From Eledone cirrhosa (Eukaryota): a DNA stretch of 64,000 bases. The notes under the pieces were generated by a model, which saw nothing but the letters and a program-made list of their open reading frames with translations, was not told the DNA's origin and searched no databases. The first letter of the stretch is position 1; every line of letters starts with the position of its first letter. Made by a program: the position numbers and the translations under genes. The stretch is taken from assembly GCA_964016885.1 (NCBI GenBank), contig OZ024743.1:298034001-298098000 (forward strand). Reading direction: 5' to 3'. Positions 12,437 to 24,464 of this stretch are shown here, one piece after another.

Positions 12437-14845
12437 AGAACAACTGGAAGGACTTCAGGAGCTCGGTCTATGAGGCTTCAACAGAGGTCCTTGGCTTTGT
12501 CACAAGAAAACAAGGACTGGTTTGATGAGAATGACCAGGAGGTCAAGGCTCTGCTAGACAGAAAACAAAAGGCACTTGATGCAGTTCTTAAAGGTGGTAG
12601 CTCTGTTGGTGAAACTCAGGGCTATGCAAAATACCTGGTGGAGCAACAAAGCAGATGAAGTTCAAGTGGCATCTGACGGCAACAATGTGAAACTGCCGCA
12701 CTTTCTACTCACAGAGGTGTATGGCCCTTTCAGCTCTCCAGTGGCCCCTTTGAGATCGAAAGATGGCAAGCAATTACTGCGCGACCCAAAAGACACTCGA
12801 CAGATAGAGAGATCACTTTGATGAGCCCTTAAACCAGCCATCCCAGGTTGATGATGATTTCATTTGTTCGATTCCTATTGAACCAGTGAAGCATATGAGA
12901 TGGCTAATGTATCTTCTCTTGCAGAGGGGACTTCTGTTGTGCATAAGCTGAACTGTGGTAAGTCTCCTGGTATGGATGGTCTGAGTGGAGCGGTTTTGAA
13001 GTGTGGTGGTGAAAACTTCACACAGCGCCTGACTGACCTCATGAAAATGGTGTGGGAATATGAGAATGTCCCACAAGAAGGATGCGCTAATGGTGATTCT
13101 CCCTAAAGGAAAGGACGGCAAGGACAAATGTGGCAATTATCATGTCATATCCCTTCTTTCAGTAGTTGGTAAAGTCATGTCGAATATTGATGGATAGATT
13201 GATCCCAAGAGTTGCTCTGAGTGTGTTGCCTGAGTCGCAGTGTGGGTTCAGAAACGAAAGAGGAACAGTGGATATGATCGTTTCTGCTCGGCAGCTGCAA
13301 GAAAAGTGTATCGAACAATGTATGGACCTTTACCAGATCTTTGTTGACTTGACAAAGGCCTTTGACACTGTCAATCGAACTGCGTTGTGGGAAAAAAATC
13401 CAAGGTAGGGTAGAAGATTCTGCATCTTTTCCATGATGAGATGAAGGCTTTGGTCAGTATTGGTGGTAGCATCTCTGAACCAATATCAGTTGAAAATGGA
13501 GTGAAGCAGGGGGACATTCCGGCTCCAACTCTGTTTTTCTTATATTTTACGATAGTGTTTCTCATGGCATTCAAATATTGTTCTTATGGGGTTTACATCA
13601 GGTATCGCACTTCAGGAAGGTTGTTCAACACCAGGCGCTTTGGTACAAGCACAAAGGTATTAACATCTGTAATCCGAGAGTTTTTGTATGCAGACGACTG
13701 CGGTCTGTTTGCACACTCACAAAGTGACATGCAGCATATTATGAACTCTTTTTCTGCAGCTTGCAGCACTTTGGGCATCACAATAAGCTTGGAAAAGACT
13801 GTTGTGATGTATCAGCCAGTACCTGGAAACTAGTACACTGCACCAAGTATGTACGTGTACGGAAAGAGGCTAAAAGTTGCTGACAAATTTGTTTACCTTG
13901 GTAGTACGTTGAACACTTCATGCACACATGATAATGAAATATCCTTAAGAATCAAGAAAGCCAGTGATGCTTTTGGACGGCTGCATCAACGTTTATGGTC
14001 CAGACGAGGTATCACTATCGAAACCAAGGTGAAAGTGTATCTGACTTGTGTCGTCTCCTCTTTACTTTATGTTTGTGAAACGTGGGTCACATACAGAAAG
14101 CACTTCAAGGATCAGGAGAGATTTCACCAACAATCTCTTCATAAGTTACTTGGGGTGTGGTGGAAAATGTTCGCCAGTGATTTGGGAGTTCTAGAACGGA
14201 GCAGGTGCGTGACTATAGAGAGCATAATCTTTCGGTATCGGTTGAGGTGGTACAGTCACGTGGTCCGGATGTCTGATGATCGTATTCCAAAGCAACTTCT
14301 CTATGGAGAACTGTGTGAAGGAAGGCGACCACCACATAAACCAAAAAGCGGTACCGGGACTGTATCAGGGGCACCTTGGCTTGTGCTGGAATTTCATCTG
14401 ACAAGCGTGTGAAGTGGAGACATTTGATCAAGTCAGGTGGTGAACACTTTGAAACTTGTCAGAGAGAACACCTAACACTGAAAAGGAAGGTGAGGATTGA
14501 GACTTCTGAACTGCCTGCTGTTGAACATCATCTGGTTTGTCAGCCTGAGCAAAGCTGGTTTGATTAGACATGAACAAAGTCATATCAGTAGACCTCATGT
14601 AGATTATGATCTGAAAAGGTGTAAGAAATGTACAAGCATGGGAGGTCGTAAAAGATACATGTGAACATACAGCCAGAACAAAGCAATGGAAGGTTTCGGG
14701 GGAGCCTAAAGTTGCCATGTGTGTGCCAGAGAGTGCAAGTATTTGGCTGGTTTAAAGAGTCACATTTGTGCTTCACATTTTTTGAACATTTTATCGGGCG
14801 ATGGCAATACTTGAGCACGAGTTTGCAACCATCATGTAGTATGTA
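12437..14845 (+). pseudogene. Degenerate RTE-BovB-like LINE (5'-truncated)
   Basis: Frameshifted pieces DWFDEND, KSPGMDG, PESQCGFR, RQLQEKC, FVDLTKAFDTVNR, GVKQG, LYADD, FVYLGS, RLRWYSHVVRM, RIPKQLLYGEL. Confidence 0.85.
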
Positions 14846-15589
14846 TGTATGTATGTTGGGTCACTCTTGAGTGCTATTGGTAACATGTAACTCAGTACAA
14901 CCTGTCGCGTGGTCGGGTTGTCGGCGACTAAACCGGCAACGCCACCAAGTTTACTTGGTGAGGAGGGTGATTTTGGACACCCTGCAGGACAAAAAACAAA
15001 ACCTGACAAAGGGCGGAAGATCTCATAAGAGTCAACGGCCATCCAAAAGTGTGTAAATATGTATATACACATGTACATATGTGTATATACATGGGTGCAT
15101 GTGTATGTACATGCGCGGGGACATTGAAATAATCGGGCTGGACACCCGATCGTGCGGTTAAACCACTGGGAGTGAAGGACCCCTTGCCTTTGTCAGGGCA
15201 TTCTTCTAGGAGAAGGCAACTCAGGAAACTGGGATAACTCCGATATAAAACCTGCAGCTCAGTAGTTACCGATGATGTTGATATTTTCTTCTTTTCGGGT
15301 TATAGCTACTGTTGCTCAGAGAGTGGGATTGGCTCAGTGCACAGTGTTTCCTCATTTAAAAAAATATCTTCATGCACAGGCATTGCATGATAGAATTGAT
15401 TAATAATTATTAATAATGGTATATCGTGCAATGGCCATACTCGATAACGAGGGGGCAGCCATCGTGTATGTGTGTGTGTGTGTGTATATATATATATGTG
15501 TGCATGTGGGTATGTATATATATATATCTCCATATACATATTTATTCAGCTGATATAGGCTGGATTGGTTGAAATATTCTGACGCGAAT

Positions 15590-16250
15590 TCTTTCTGCTC
15601 TGTTATAAGAGACCGGGAGACCATGTTGATACTATGAAGGCCATTTGTCCTAAGCCGCCTGGACTATTGCTCCCAGCTGTGGTCACCCCATAGTATCAAA
15701 CTAACCACGGAACTTGAGACAACCCAACGAAGCTACACCAAGAGGATTGCACGATGAAGGAGATGAGCTACTGAGAGAGGCTAAAAGAACTGAAACTCTA
15801 CTCCTTGGAACGAAGACGGGAGAGATACGCAGTGATATACATATGGAAAATCCTGGAGGGACTAGCGCCAAACTTTGGTATTGAGAGCGGGACCAACCCC
15901 CAACAGGACGTCACTGTGTGGTGACAAAGGTCCCGTCTTCCACATCTAGAACAAGAAGCAGATATTGCAATAGACTGGGGTTCAAAGGTCCTCAACCCTT
16001 CAACAAGCTGCCGAGGGATTTGAGAGATCTACATGGTGTGGCCGTGGATATTTTCAAGAAACTTCTCGACACCCTGTTATCCAGGATCCCGGATGAGCCC
16101 ACATCACGGTACGAAGGTAACCTAAGGGCAGCAGCAACGAACACCCTCTTACGTCAATGGCCAGCCGACACAGGCTGGAGATAGAATGTGTAGCAACAAG
16201 GGCAGTGCCCAATCATGGTCTCAGCCGGATGGCTGGAACAGCTAAAAGAG
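15590..16250 (+). pseudogene. CR1/L2-like LINE 3' fragment
   Basis: LDYCSQLWSP, ERLKELKLYSLERRRERY, GPQPFNKLP and IPDEP, with stops. Confidence 0.7.
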
Positions 16251-16924
16251 TATATATATTTAATATAGAAATGGCTTCAACAGGACTAGAACTGTTTCAT
16301 TCAGAGGAAATCATCAGAAAAGCCGACTGTCAATGTAATATGGTGGTATTTATACATTTTCTGGTGGTAGGGGAGGGTAGTAAATTGATGCTAAGTAAAC
16401 ACATACACACTGACAGGCACTCCTAATTTTCAAGATTCATTTATTCCAAACAAACAGGGTTTTCATTGAGTGGCAATATTAACATGCTGTGCTAAAAGAC
16501 ATAAATATGTGTGTGTGTGTTTGTGTATGTATATATATATATATATGTGTGTGTGTAAATTTCAATAATATTAAGACACCCTAATAGTGAAAAGTTTGGC
16601 CAATAAATGGAACAAGATTTTACGAACTCCTCCTATGGTTTTGGAGATAGACCCCCATAACCACATATATTCTGAAACTACATTGCCCAGGGTACTTGTG
16701 TAAGAATATTTCATTTTAATCAAAGGGTTCACCGGGGGCACAAAACCGCCGCTGAAACTTTACTTTCGATTTATATGAAATTTAAACCATAGGTAAATGA
16801 CAAGATATGATGCCTATTCACAAAATTTCAGCAAATTTCAATAAAATTAAAATACCCTAATGGGGGTTAAACCCCCTATTGGGTTCACTGGTGGCACAAA
16901 CCCCTGCTGAAAATGTGCAAACTA

Positions 16925-17850
16925 TGGGTACACAAGAGATGTAGTGGGATCTCAGGAAGTTTAGTTAAGAATGTAGGCTTTACATGTAGCAGTTGCACCA
17001 GGACAGTAAGCAGCAAACAATCACTGAAAACAAGTGACATCAAAGTCTGGGAGGACTTGGTAAAAACAATACCGAATTAGCAGCAGATGGGGTGTTCTGA
17101 AAGAACGGGATGGAAGAAGTTGAGGGAGCTACTACCACAGCTGGATACAAAAGGCTTTTCCCTCAGAATAAAAGGTAGACTGTATGATGTGTGCATATGA
17201 ACGGCAATGTTGCATGGTAGTGAGAGCTGGGCACTGTGTGTAGAAGACGTGCGTAGATTAGAAAGGAATGAAGCTTGTATGCTCCGATGGATGTGTAATA
17301 GTAATATACGTGAACAGCAAAGCATAAACAAACTGAAAGAGAAACTAGACATAAGAGGAATCAAATGTTGTGTGCAGGAGAGGAGATTATGTTGGTATGG
17401 ACATGTGATTCGTATGAAGGATGACAGCTACATAAAGTCTCAGAAAGACTTGAGATGAAGTGATAAAAGCCGACCTTGCCCAATTGCACCTCTGAAAGGC
17501 AATGACACAGGACCAAGATCTCTGGCGTTATGAGGTAATACAGAAACCCCAACTTCCCACGGGCCCAGGCCAAGGCTGAAACATACATACAGTATGCACC
17601 ACTCCATCCCACCCGCCAATATATCTTTCATGAGAACAGGCCGAAACACTGTAAAGTGGTCGTGATGGTGACACGGTAAAAAACACCCAGTCCACACTGT
17701 AAAGTAGTCGTGGAGGAATCACAACAAAAAACACCCAGTACTCACTGTAAATGAGCTTGGCATTAGGAAGGGCATCCAGCTGTAGAAACGAAGCCAAAAT
17801 CAGTTCTTTATAAGCAAGACATTGTCACCTGACCTAACATTGCCAACAAT
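16925..17850 (+). pseudogene. Degenerate RTE LINE 3' fragment with 3' UTR
   Basis: Clear similarity to 20380-21340 (MLHGSESWAL...ERRLCWYGHVIRM), with deletions. Confidence 0.8.
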
Positions 17851-17854
17851 AGAA

Positions 17855-17980
17855 GGCACATGGCTCAGTGGTTAGAGCATTGGGCTTGCAATTGAAAGGT
17901 TGTGAGTTTAATTCTCGGACCGGGTGATGTGTTGTTTCCTTGAGCAAGACACTTTATTTCACATTGCTCCAGTTTACTCT
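17855..17980 (+). repeat. tRNA-derived SINE head, truncated
   Basis: GGCACATGGCTCAGTGGTTAGAGC (A box), GAGTTTAATTCTC (B box), then CCTTGAGCAAGACACTT core; same family as 36991, 47524 and 58563. Confidence 0.8.
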
Positions 17981-18349
17981 GCCATCTAAATACCTAAAAC
18001 AAAGAATGTAAAACATGTTGCCTATCTCTCAGACTTTACAAAGTGCTGAGGAGATAAAGTTAATTTAAAGAGCAGTGTGCTCATGCACTGTGATCCTATA
18101 ATGTAGCTTATAAGCTATTTCATAACTAAAAAACAATGTCAAACATCAACAAAAGTATATACAAATATCTTTGAATGTTTAAGTTAAACCTAAATAGATT
18201 GTATCTACAGGTCATTAGGTTAAGGCTGAACTAAGATCATATCTATAAATCATTAGGTTTAGACTGAACTGAGATCAAACTCTGGGAAACTAAACCAGAA
18301 CAACCTGCCACCCTCTACACACCATCATAAACTGCGAGCAGGGTACAAA

Positions 18350-21112
18350 TTGTTGTCATTAAATGCTCGCAGTTTATGCAACAAGATACATCTGTTCGAA
18401 TCCTACGTCAGAAGCATCGACCCTGACTTCATCACAGTCACGGAAACATGGGCACATTCCTTACTCTGTGATGGGGTTTTCACCATTACTGGGTACAACC
18501 TTTTCCGCAAGGACCGCATTAACCGCCGTGGTGGTGGTGTGATGGTCTACGTTCGTTCAAACTTTTCGGTAATTCCTTGCGTTGATTTGAACGAATCACA
18601 GGAAGAAGTTTTTTTCTGTGACATACGTATGACCATGTCAACACTTCTGCTTGGTGTTGTTTATCGCCCCCCAAACTACCATCAGGACACACAGCTTTGC
18701 GATATCCTCAGAGTTGCTGCCAAGAAAACAGCCACTTATGTGTTTATTGCAGGTGACTTCAATCATCCTGAGATCGATTGGGAAACCTTTCGTTGGCCAC
18801 AGGGTGCAAACGATTTCCTTGAACTAGTGCTGGACTCAAACTGGCAAAGAAAGATCTGGAAGCTGAAAGTCCCCTCAACCAGTAACAGATTTAAAGATAT
18901 TTTACTCAACGCCTACGACAGTAAAGAAGAACAGATAGAGACATTTAACGTAGAAGAGAACTGGGAGTTCCTAAAAAATAACTTACTAGAGGCGACGGAT
19001 GAGGTTTGTGGCTGGAGTAAGACCTCAAGCAGGAGGAGAGTGACTTGGTGGTGGAACAATAAGGTAGATGAAGCAGTCAAGGCCAAGAGACAGGCATGGA
19101 AAGAATGGAAGAACGGGGGGAGCAGGGTACATTACATAGAGACCAAGAGGGAAGCTAGGCGACAAGTATACTTAGCTAGGAGGGAAGCAGAGGATAGAAA
19201 ATTCAAGCATGTTTTACAACGTGAGGACCAGAAACAGGAGGTATTCAAGATTGCGAGGCAGTGTGTCAGAGATAGTTGTGATGTCATTGGAGAGAAGTGT
19301 ATCCGGAATGATAAAGGTGAGCTTGCCCTCACAAGTGCTGAGAAGAAGGATGCATGGAAGAGTCATTATGATAGATTACTAAATGAGGAGAATGCATGGG
19401 AAGAAGAGACCCTACCCCACGTAGACCCTATAGAGGGACCAGCAGTACAAGTCAGCGGCAGCGTAGTAAGTAAGGCAATCAGAGATATGAAGATAGGGAA
19501 GGCAACCGGTCCATCGGGTATAGCTGCCGAGATGCTGAAGGCATCTGGGTCTGTAGGTCACACTATAACCACACGTATCGTTAACCAGGTAATACTAGAG
19601 GGGGCCATACCAAAAGATTGGTGCAGTAGCATCATTGTCAACTGCTACAAAGGTAAAGGCGATGCACTAGATAGAGGAAACTATAGAGGTATAAAGTTGA
19701 TGGACCAGGTCATGAAAGTAACAGAAAGAGTTATAGCACAGCTGATTAGGGACCGGGTGAATATAGACGAGATGCAATTTGGGTTTGTACCAGGGAAAGG
19801 CACCACTGATGCGCTCTTCCTTGTGAGGCAATTACAGGAAAAGTACCTAGCTAAAAGTAAGCCACTCTACTTGGCATTTGTCGACCTTGAGAAAGCCTTT
19901 GACAGAGTTCCACGTGCAGTAATCTGGTGGGCTCTTAGAAAACTAGGAGTAGATGAATGGCTTGTGAAAGCGGTACAAGCCATGTATAGGGGAGCAGTCA
20001 GCAAAGTTAGGATTGGCAATGAGTATAGCGAGGAATTTAGCGTACAGGTTGGGGTCCACCAGAGCTCTGTTCTTAGCCCTCTCCTGTTCATCATAGTCCT
20101 GCAGGCAATAACGGAGGAGTTTAAGACCGGATGCCCATGGGAACTCCTGTATGCTGATGACCTCGCACTCATAGCTGAATCTATGGTAGAACTAGAGAAT
20201 AAATTCCAAACCTGGAAGCAGGGACTAGAGAGAAAGGGCCTCAAAGTCAACATGACAAAGACTAAGGTCCTTATAAGTAGACGAGAAAACAGAACCCAGA
20301 TCCCCTCAGGGAAATGGCCTTGCTCAGTATGTAGGAAAGGTGTAGGTAGGAACTCCATTCTTTGCCCCAAATGCAAACAATGGGTACACAAGAGATGTAG
20401 CGGGATCTCAGGAAGCTTAATTAAGAATGTAGGATTCACATGCAGCAGCTGTGCTGAAACAGCAAGCAAACAGCCACAGGAAACAAGTACCACCAATCTC
20501 TGGGAGGGCCCTGTAGAAACAGTAGACAGCTTCTGCTACCTAGGTGACCGAATTAGCAACGGAGGTGGGTGCTCAGAAAGTACAATAACTAGGGTAAGAA
20601 CGGGATGGAAGAAGTTTAGGGAACTACTACCACTGCTAGCTGCAAAAGGCTTCTCCCTCAGAATGAAAGGCAGACTGTATGATGCGTGTATCCGAACAGC
20701 GATGTTGCATGGTAGTGAGACCTGGGCGCTGAAGGTGGAAGACTTACGTAGATTAGAGAGAAACGAAGCCTGCATGCTCCGATGGATGTGTAACAGTAAT
20801 ATACGTGAACGACAAAGCATAAATGAATTGAGAGAGAGACTGAGCATAAGAGGAATCAAATGCTGCGTGCAGGAGAGGCGGTTACGCTGGTATGGACATG
20901 TGATGCGTATGAAGGATGACAGCTGCATAAAAAGGTGCAGAGCACTAGAAGTTGATGGAAACCGCGGAGTGGGGAGACCCAAGATGACTTGGGATGAGGT
21001 GATAAAAGCCGACCTTACCCAACTACACCTCTCAAAGTCAATGACACACGACCGTGACTTCTGGCGTCACGCAGTAATACAGGGTACCCGACCTCCCATG
21101 GGTACATGCTGA
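18350..21112 (+). CDS. 920-aa chimeric LINE ORF: CR1-type AP endonuclease N-part (to about 18845) fused in frame to RTE reverse transcriptase with a PHD-like finger
   Basis: LNARSL, VTETW, RKDR, GGGV, YRPP, GDFN, then abruptly RKIWKLK, TWWWN, QFGF, FVDLEKAFDRVPR, LLYADD, CSVCRKGVGRNSILCPKCKQWVHKRC, RLRWYGHVMR. Confidence 0.85.
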   Translation: MLSLNARSLCNKIHLFESYVRSIDPDFITVTETWAHSLLCDGVFTITGYNLFRKDRINRRGGGVMVYVRSNFSVIPCVDLNESQEEVFFCDIRMTMSTLLLGVVYRPPNYHQDTQLCDILRVAAKKTATYVFIAGDFNHPEIDWETFRWPQGANDFLELVLDSNWQRKIWKLKVPSTSNRFKDILLNAYDSKEEQIETFNVEENWEFLKNNLLEATDEVCGWSKTSSRRRVTWWWNNKVDEAVKAKRQAWKEWKNGGSRVHYIETKREARRQVYLARREAEDRKFKHVLQREDQKQEVFKIARQCVRDSCDVIGEKCIRNDKGELALTSAEKKDAWKSHYDRLLNEENAWEEETLPHVDPIEGPAVQVSGSVVSKAIRDMKIGKATGPSGIAAEMLKASGSVGHTITTRIVNQVILEGAIPKDWCSSIIVNCYKGKGDALDRGNYRGIKLMDQVMKVTERVIAQLIRDRVNIDEMQFGFVPGKGTTDALFLVRQLQEKYLAKSKPLYLAFVDLEKAFDRVPRAVIWWALRKLGVDEWLVKAVQAMYRGAVSKVRIGNEYSEEFSVQVGVHQSSVLSPLLFIIVLQAITEEFKTGCPWELLYADDLALIAESMVELENKFQTWKQGLERKGLKVNMTKTKVLISRRENRTQIPSGKWPCSVCRKGVGRNSILCPKCKQWVHKRCSGISGSLIKNVGFTCSSCAETASKQPQETSTTNLWEGPVETVDSFCYLGDRISNGGGCSESTITRVRTGWKKFRELLPLLAAKGFSLRMKGRLYDACIRTAMLHGSETWALKVEDLRRLERNEACMLRWMCNSNIRERQSINELRERLSIRGIKCCVQERRLRWYGHVMRMKDDSCIKRCRALEVDGNRGVGRPKMTWDEVIKADLTQLHLSKSMTHDRDFWRHAVIQGTRPPMGTC

Positions 21113-21413
21113 AGCATATAAACAATATGCCCCCCCCCCCCCACCGCAAGGTGGTCGTGGAGGTGCCACGGCAAAAAAGCACCCAGCCCACACTGTAAAG
21201 TGGACGTGTAGGCGCCACGAAAAAGCACCCAGCACTCACTGTAAATGAGGTTGGTGTTAGGAAGGGCATCCAGCTGTAGAAATCAAGCCAGATCAGTTCC
21301 TGTATGAGCAAGGCATGGTCAGCCGACCAGACACTGCCCACAACAGGACAACCCGTCTAACCCATGCTAGCGTGGAAGAACGGACGTAAAACGGTGATGA
21401 TGATGATGATGAT
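21113..21413 (+). repeat. RTE 3' UTR and (GAT)n tail
   Basis: GTTAGGAAGGGCATCCAGCTGTAGAAA...GGACGTAAAACGGT(GAT)n. Confidence 0.85.
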
Positions 21414-22325
21414 ACTCCCTCCACAACACTGACATCAAAAAGTCCTCTTGTGAACGTGACCTGGGCATTACTGTCAGCAACGATTTGCGTTGGACAAAGC
21501 ATGTCTCTAAGATTGTCAAGAAGGCCGAGGGTGTCTTGGCATCACTCAGCAAGACCTTTGTTAGCCGCTCTCCAGCCATCTATTTAAAACTGTATACAGC
21601 TATGGTGCGACCACACTTGGAATTCGCATAATCAGTCTGGAAGCCTATCTTGCTCGGAACATTGACCTCCTGGAAACTGTTCAGAGACGTGCAACCAAGC
21701 GCATACCTCCATCAGACACCTACCATACTCTGAACGCCTTGCTTCCCTGGGCATGGATTCATTGAAGCTCCGACGTCTGGCAATGGACTTGGTGAATACC
21801 CACAAAGTTTTTAACCATCTCGCCAACTGCAACCCTGAGCGCCTCTTTGATCTCCATGTGTCTAACACACGTGGACATGCCTACAAGATAAGAAAACAGC
21901 ACAGCTCCCATGACTTTCGCAGACATTTTTTCACGCTCAGAGTTGCTGAAGCATGGAACAAACTACCTGCGTCAATTGTTAGCTGCCGAGACACTGCATC
22001 CTTTAAGACACTCATGCTTCCCGAAATACGCCAAAACTACACCTGATGTGCCCCTTCCATACACATGCACACATGTGTGCACTGTTCATTTTACTGATGT
22101 TTGTGCATTGCCCTATGTACTGTACATGCACTTTTTTGATGGGTTGTGGTGCACCTGGGCACTGTGCACAATATTTCATTATTGTTATTGTTATTATATC
22201 ATGACTCATACACTGTTTATATTCCTGACATTTGTACATTATTCTATGTACTATACATGCACCTTTGATGAGTTGTAGTGCACCTGAGCACTGTACACAA
22301 TAATTTCATTATTATTATTATTATA
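21414..22325 (+). pseudogene. CR1-like LINE 3' part and (ATT)n tail
   Basis: ERDLGI, WTKHV, LYTAMVRPHLEF, LETVQRRATK, TRGH, FFTLRVAEAWNKLP; duplicated 3' UTR motif TGCACCTGRGCACTGT followed by (ATT)n. Confidence 0.8.
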
Positions 22326-22894
22326 CTTTCTTCTTCTTTTCGTCATCTTCGTTTCCCGTGTCTTCTTTGTCGTTGTTGTCATTTTCATTTTAGTCGTCTG
22401 CTTCGTCGTCTTTTTCTTCTTTTCCATCTAAATATAAAACAAAATTCTAAACAAATATATAGCTGATCTCAGTCTTTCACGAAACACAGAGGAGATGCAG
22501 TTAATATAACGAGTGGGGAGCTCATATATATATATATATGGTATAGCACGGTGTTATGAGGTCTGGTGTGGTACATGGTGTGATGTGGTGTGGTATGATA
22601 TGGTGAGGGGGGGGGGGGCACACCATTAGATTAATGTTAACAATACACATGTAGCATCCACATGTGATGAGAAGGGGGAAACAGTGTTTAACTAATTTTA
22701 ACATTACATGTAGCATCCATCTACAGGTGATTAAGTTAAGACAGGTGTAATCATATGAAAAGGTCAATTTAAAACTACACTGAGATTCTGCTTAAAATGA
22801 TGGTCAATGAAGTGTTTACTTACTCAGATCCTTTGACATAACTTTCTCTTACTGTAACTGGACATACCTACGAAATAGAAAACAGTCGAATAGA

Positions 22895-23145
22895 CAGTGG
22901 TGTGGTGTAGTGTAGTGTAGTGGAGTGTGGTTTAGTGTAGTGGACAGTGGTGTGGTGTAGTGGAATGTGGTTCAATGTAGGGTGGGGGATATGGTGTAGT
23001 GGAGTGTGGTGGGATGTAGTGTGATGTGGTGTGGCGTGGTGAAATGTGATGTGATGAAATGTGGCATGGCATGGTGAAATTTGATGTGATGTGATGAAAT
23101 GTGGCGTGGCGTGGTGAAATGAGACGAGATGTGATGTGATGTGAA
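22895..23145. repeat. Degenerate pentanucleotide (GTGTG/GTGAT/GTGTA) minisatellite
   Basis: Visible directly in the sequence. Confidence 0.85.
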
Positions 23146-23234
23146 ATTTTTTCATCCTATTTTTCATGTGCTATCAACTAATCCAATCTCCAAGATGCTT
23201 GAAACTGACTTTTCCCCCCCAGGAAAACGGCGGG

Positions 23235-24057
23235 GGTGAGGTGGTTCCCCCTTCACCCGGATAACCCCTGCTTACTCGGAATTTTCTCTTTGATTCTATT
23301 TTCATGCGTTATCAATGAATATGACTTCCAAACCAGTCAAAAACATCTAGCTTTGGACAAAGAGGAGAGGGAGAGGAGAAGAGTTTTGCAGATCTACACC
23401 CCACTCACATGTTGTGGGACTTAATCATTTTCGGTATATTTCCTGTGCTATATCCTGTGCTATTAATTAATCTGACCTCCTAGATGCTTCCAATCAACTT
23501 ATTTCCCTGGTTTAGGGTTTAGGGTTTAGTTTTAGGGTTGGGGTAAAGTTTAGGGTTTAGTTTTAGGGTTGGGGTAAAGTTTAGGGTTTAGTTTTAGGTT
23601 TGGGGTAAAGTTTAGGGTTTAGGTTTGGGGTAATGTTTAGGGTCTGGTTTTAGGGTTGGGGTAATGTTTAGGGTCTAGTTTTAGGGTTGGGGTAAAGTTT
23701 AGCGTTTAGTTTTAGGTTTCGGGTAATGTTTATATTTAGATTTAGCTTGGTTTGGTTTAGATTTAGAGTTTAGGGTTGGGGCTAGATTTAATTTTATGTT
23801 TAATTTAGTTTTAGTTTCCAAATCCCAGAAAAATAAAATTGATTCAGAGCAACTAAAAGGTCAGATTAGTTGATAGCACTCGAAATGAGACCGAAGAAAA
23901 ATCATTAGGGTATATATCTACAAAACGACAATGGTTTTTCCACCTGCTTTCCCCCTCCTTTTTCCTAGAACAACTAATCATTTCCAACTGGTTTGGAGGT
24001 CATATTCGTTGATAACATGAGAAAACTCTGGGGTTAAATGAGAGAAGTGCATCCACC
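23235..24057. mobile_element. Foldback-like element: long diverged inverted arms around a TTAGGG-related core (about 23510-23815)
   Basis: GTTATCAATGAATATGACTTCCAAACCAGT pairs with ACTGGTTTGGAGGTCATATTCGTTGATAAC, and GTGCTATTAATTAATCTGACCT pairs with AGGTCAGATTAGTTGATAGCAC. Core unit is about TTTAGGGTTTAGTTTTAGGGTTGGGGTAAAG. Confidence 0.65.
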
Positions 24058-24464
24058 TAAGTTTTCCATGAAGAGAGAGTCAATAACAAACATCTTATGC
24101 ATATATATATATATACATACATACACACATATACATATATACAAATACACATATATATATATACATTCATATATATACATACATACACACATACATATAT
24201 ACAAATACACATATACATGCATATATATATATACATATACAATATGTATAGGATTCGTTTCCCTTTGAGCACAATTTACAGGGAATAACGCGACTCTATG
24301 GCTCCGTTAATTTATCTTCATATATATATATATACATACACACACACATATATATATATATATACATACACATGCATACACACACATATATATATATACA
24401 TACACACACATATATATATAGATATACATACATATATATAGATTCATACATACATACACACACA

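Noticed and set aside
15128-15240. HDV-like ribozyme in the repeat head shared with 46850
   Set aside because: RTE leaders can carry one, but I could not assign the nested double pseudoknot by eye; it needs an RNAMotif search.
17855-17925. tRNA genes here and at 36991, 47524 and 58563
   Set aside because: They are SINE heads: poor acceptor stem, and they run straight into the SINE core.
19867-20982. Long antisense ORFs opposite the RTE RT (also 24901-25842 and 53598-54032)
   Set aside because: Shadow frames of the LINE coding strand with no independent motifs.
23510-23815. True telomere or chromosome-fusion site
   Set aside because: Degenerate, single orientation, higher-order unit, and enclosed by inverted arms.
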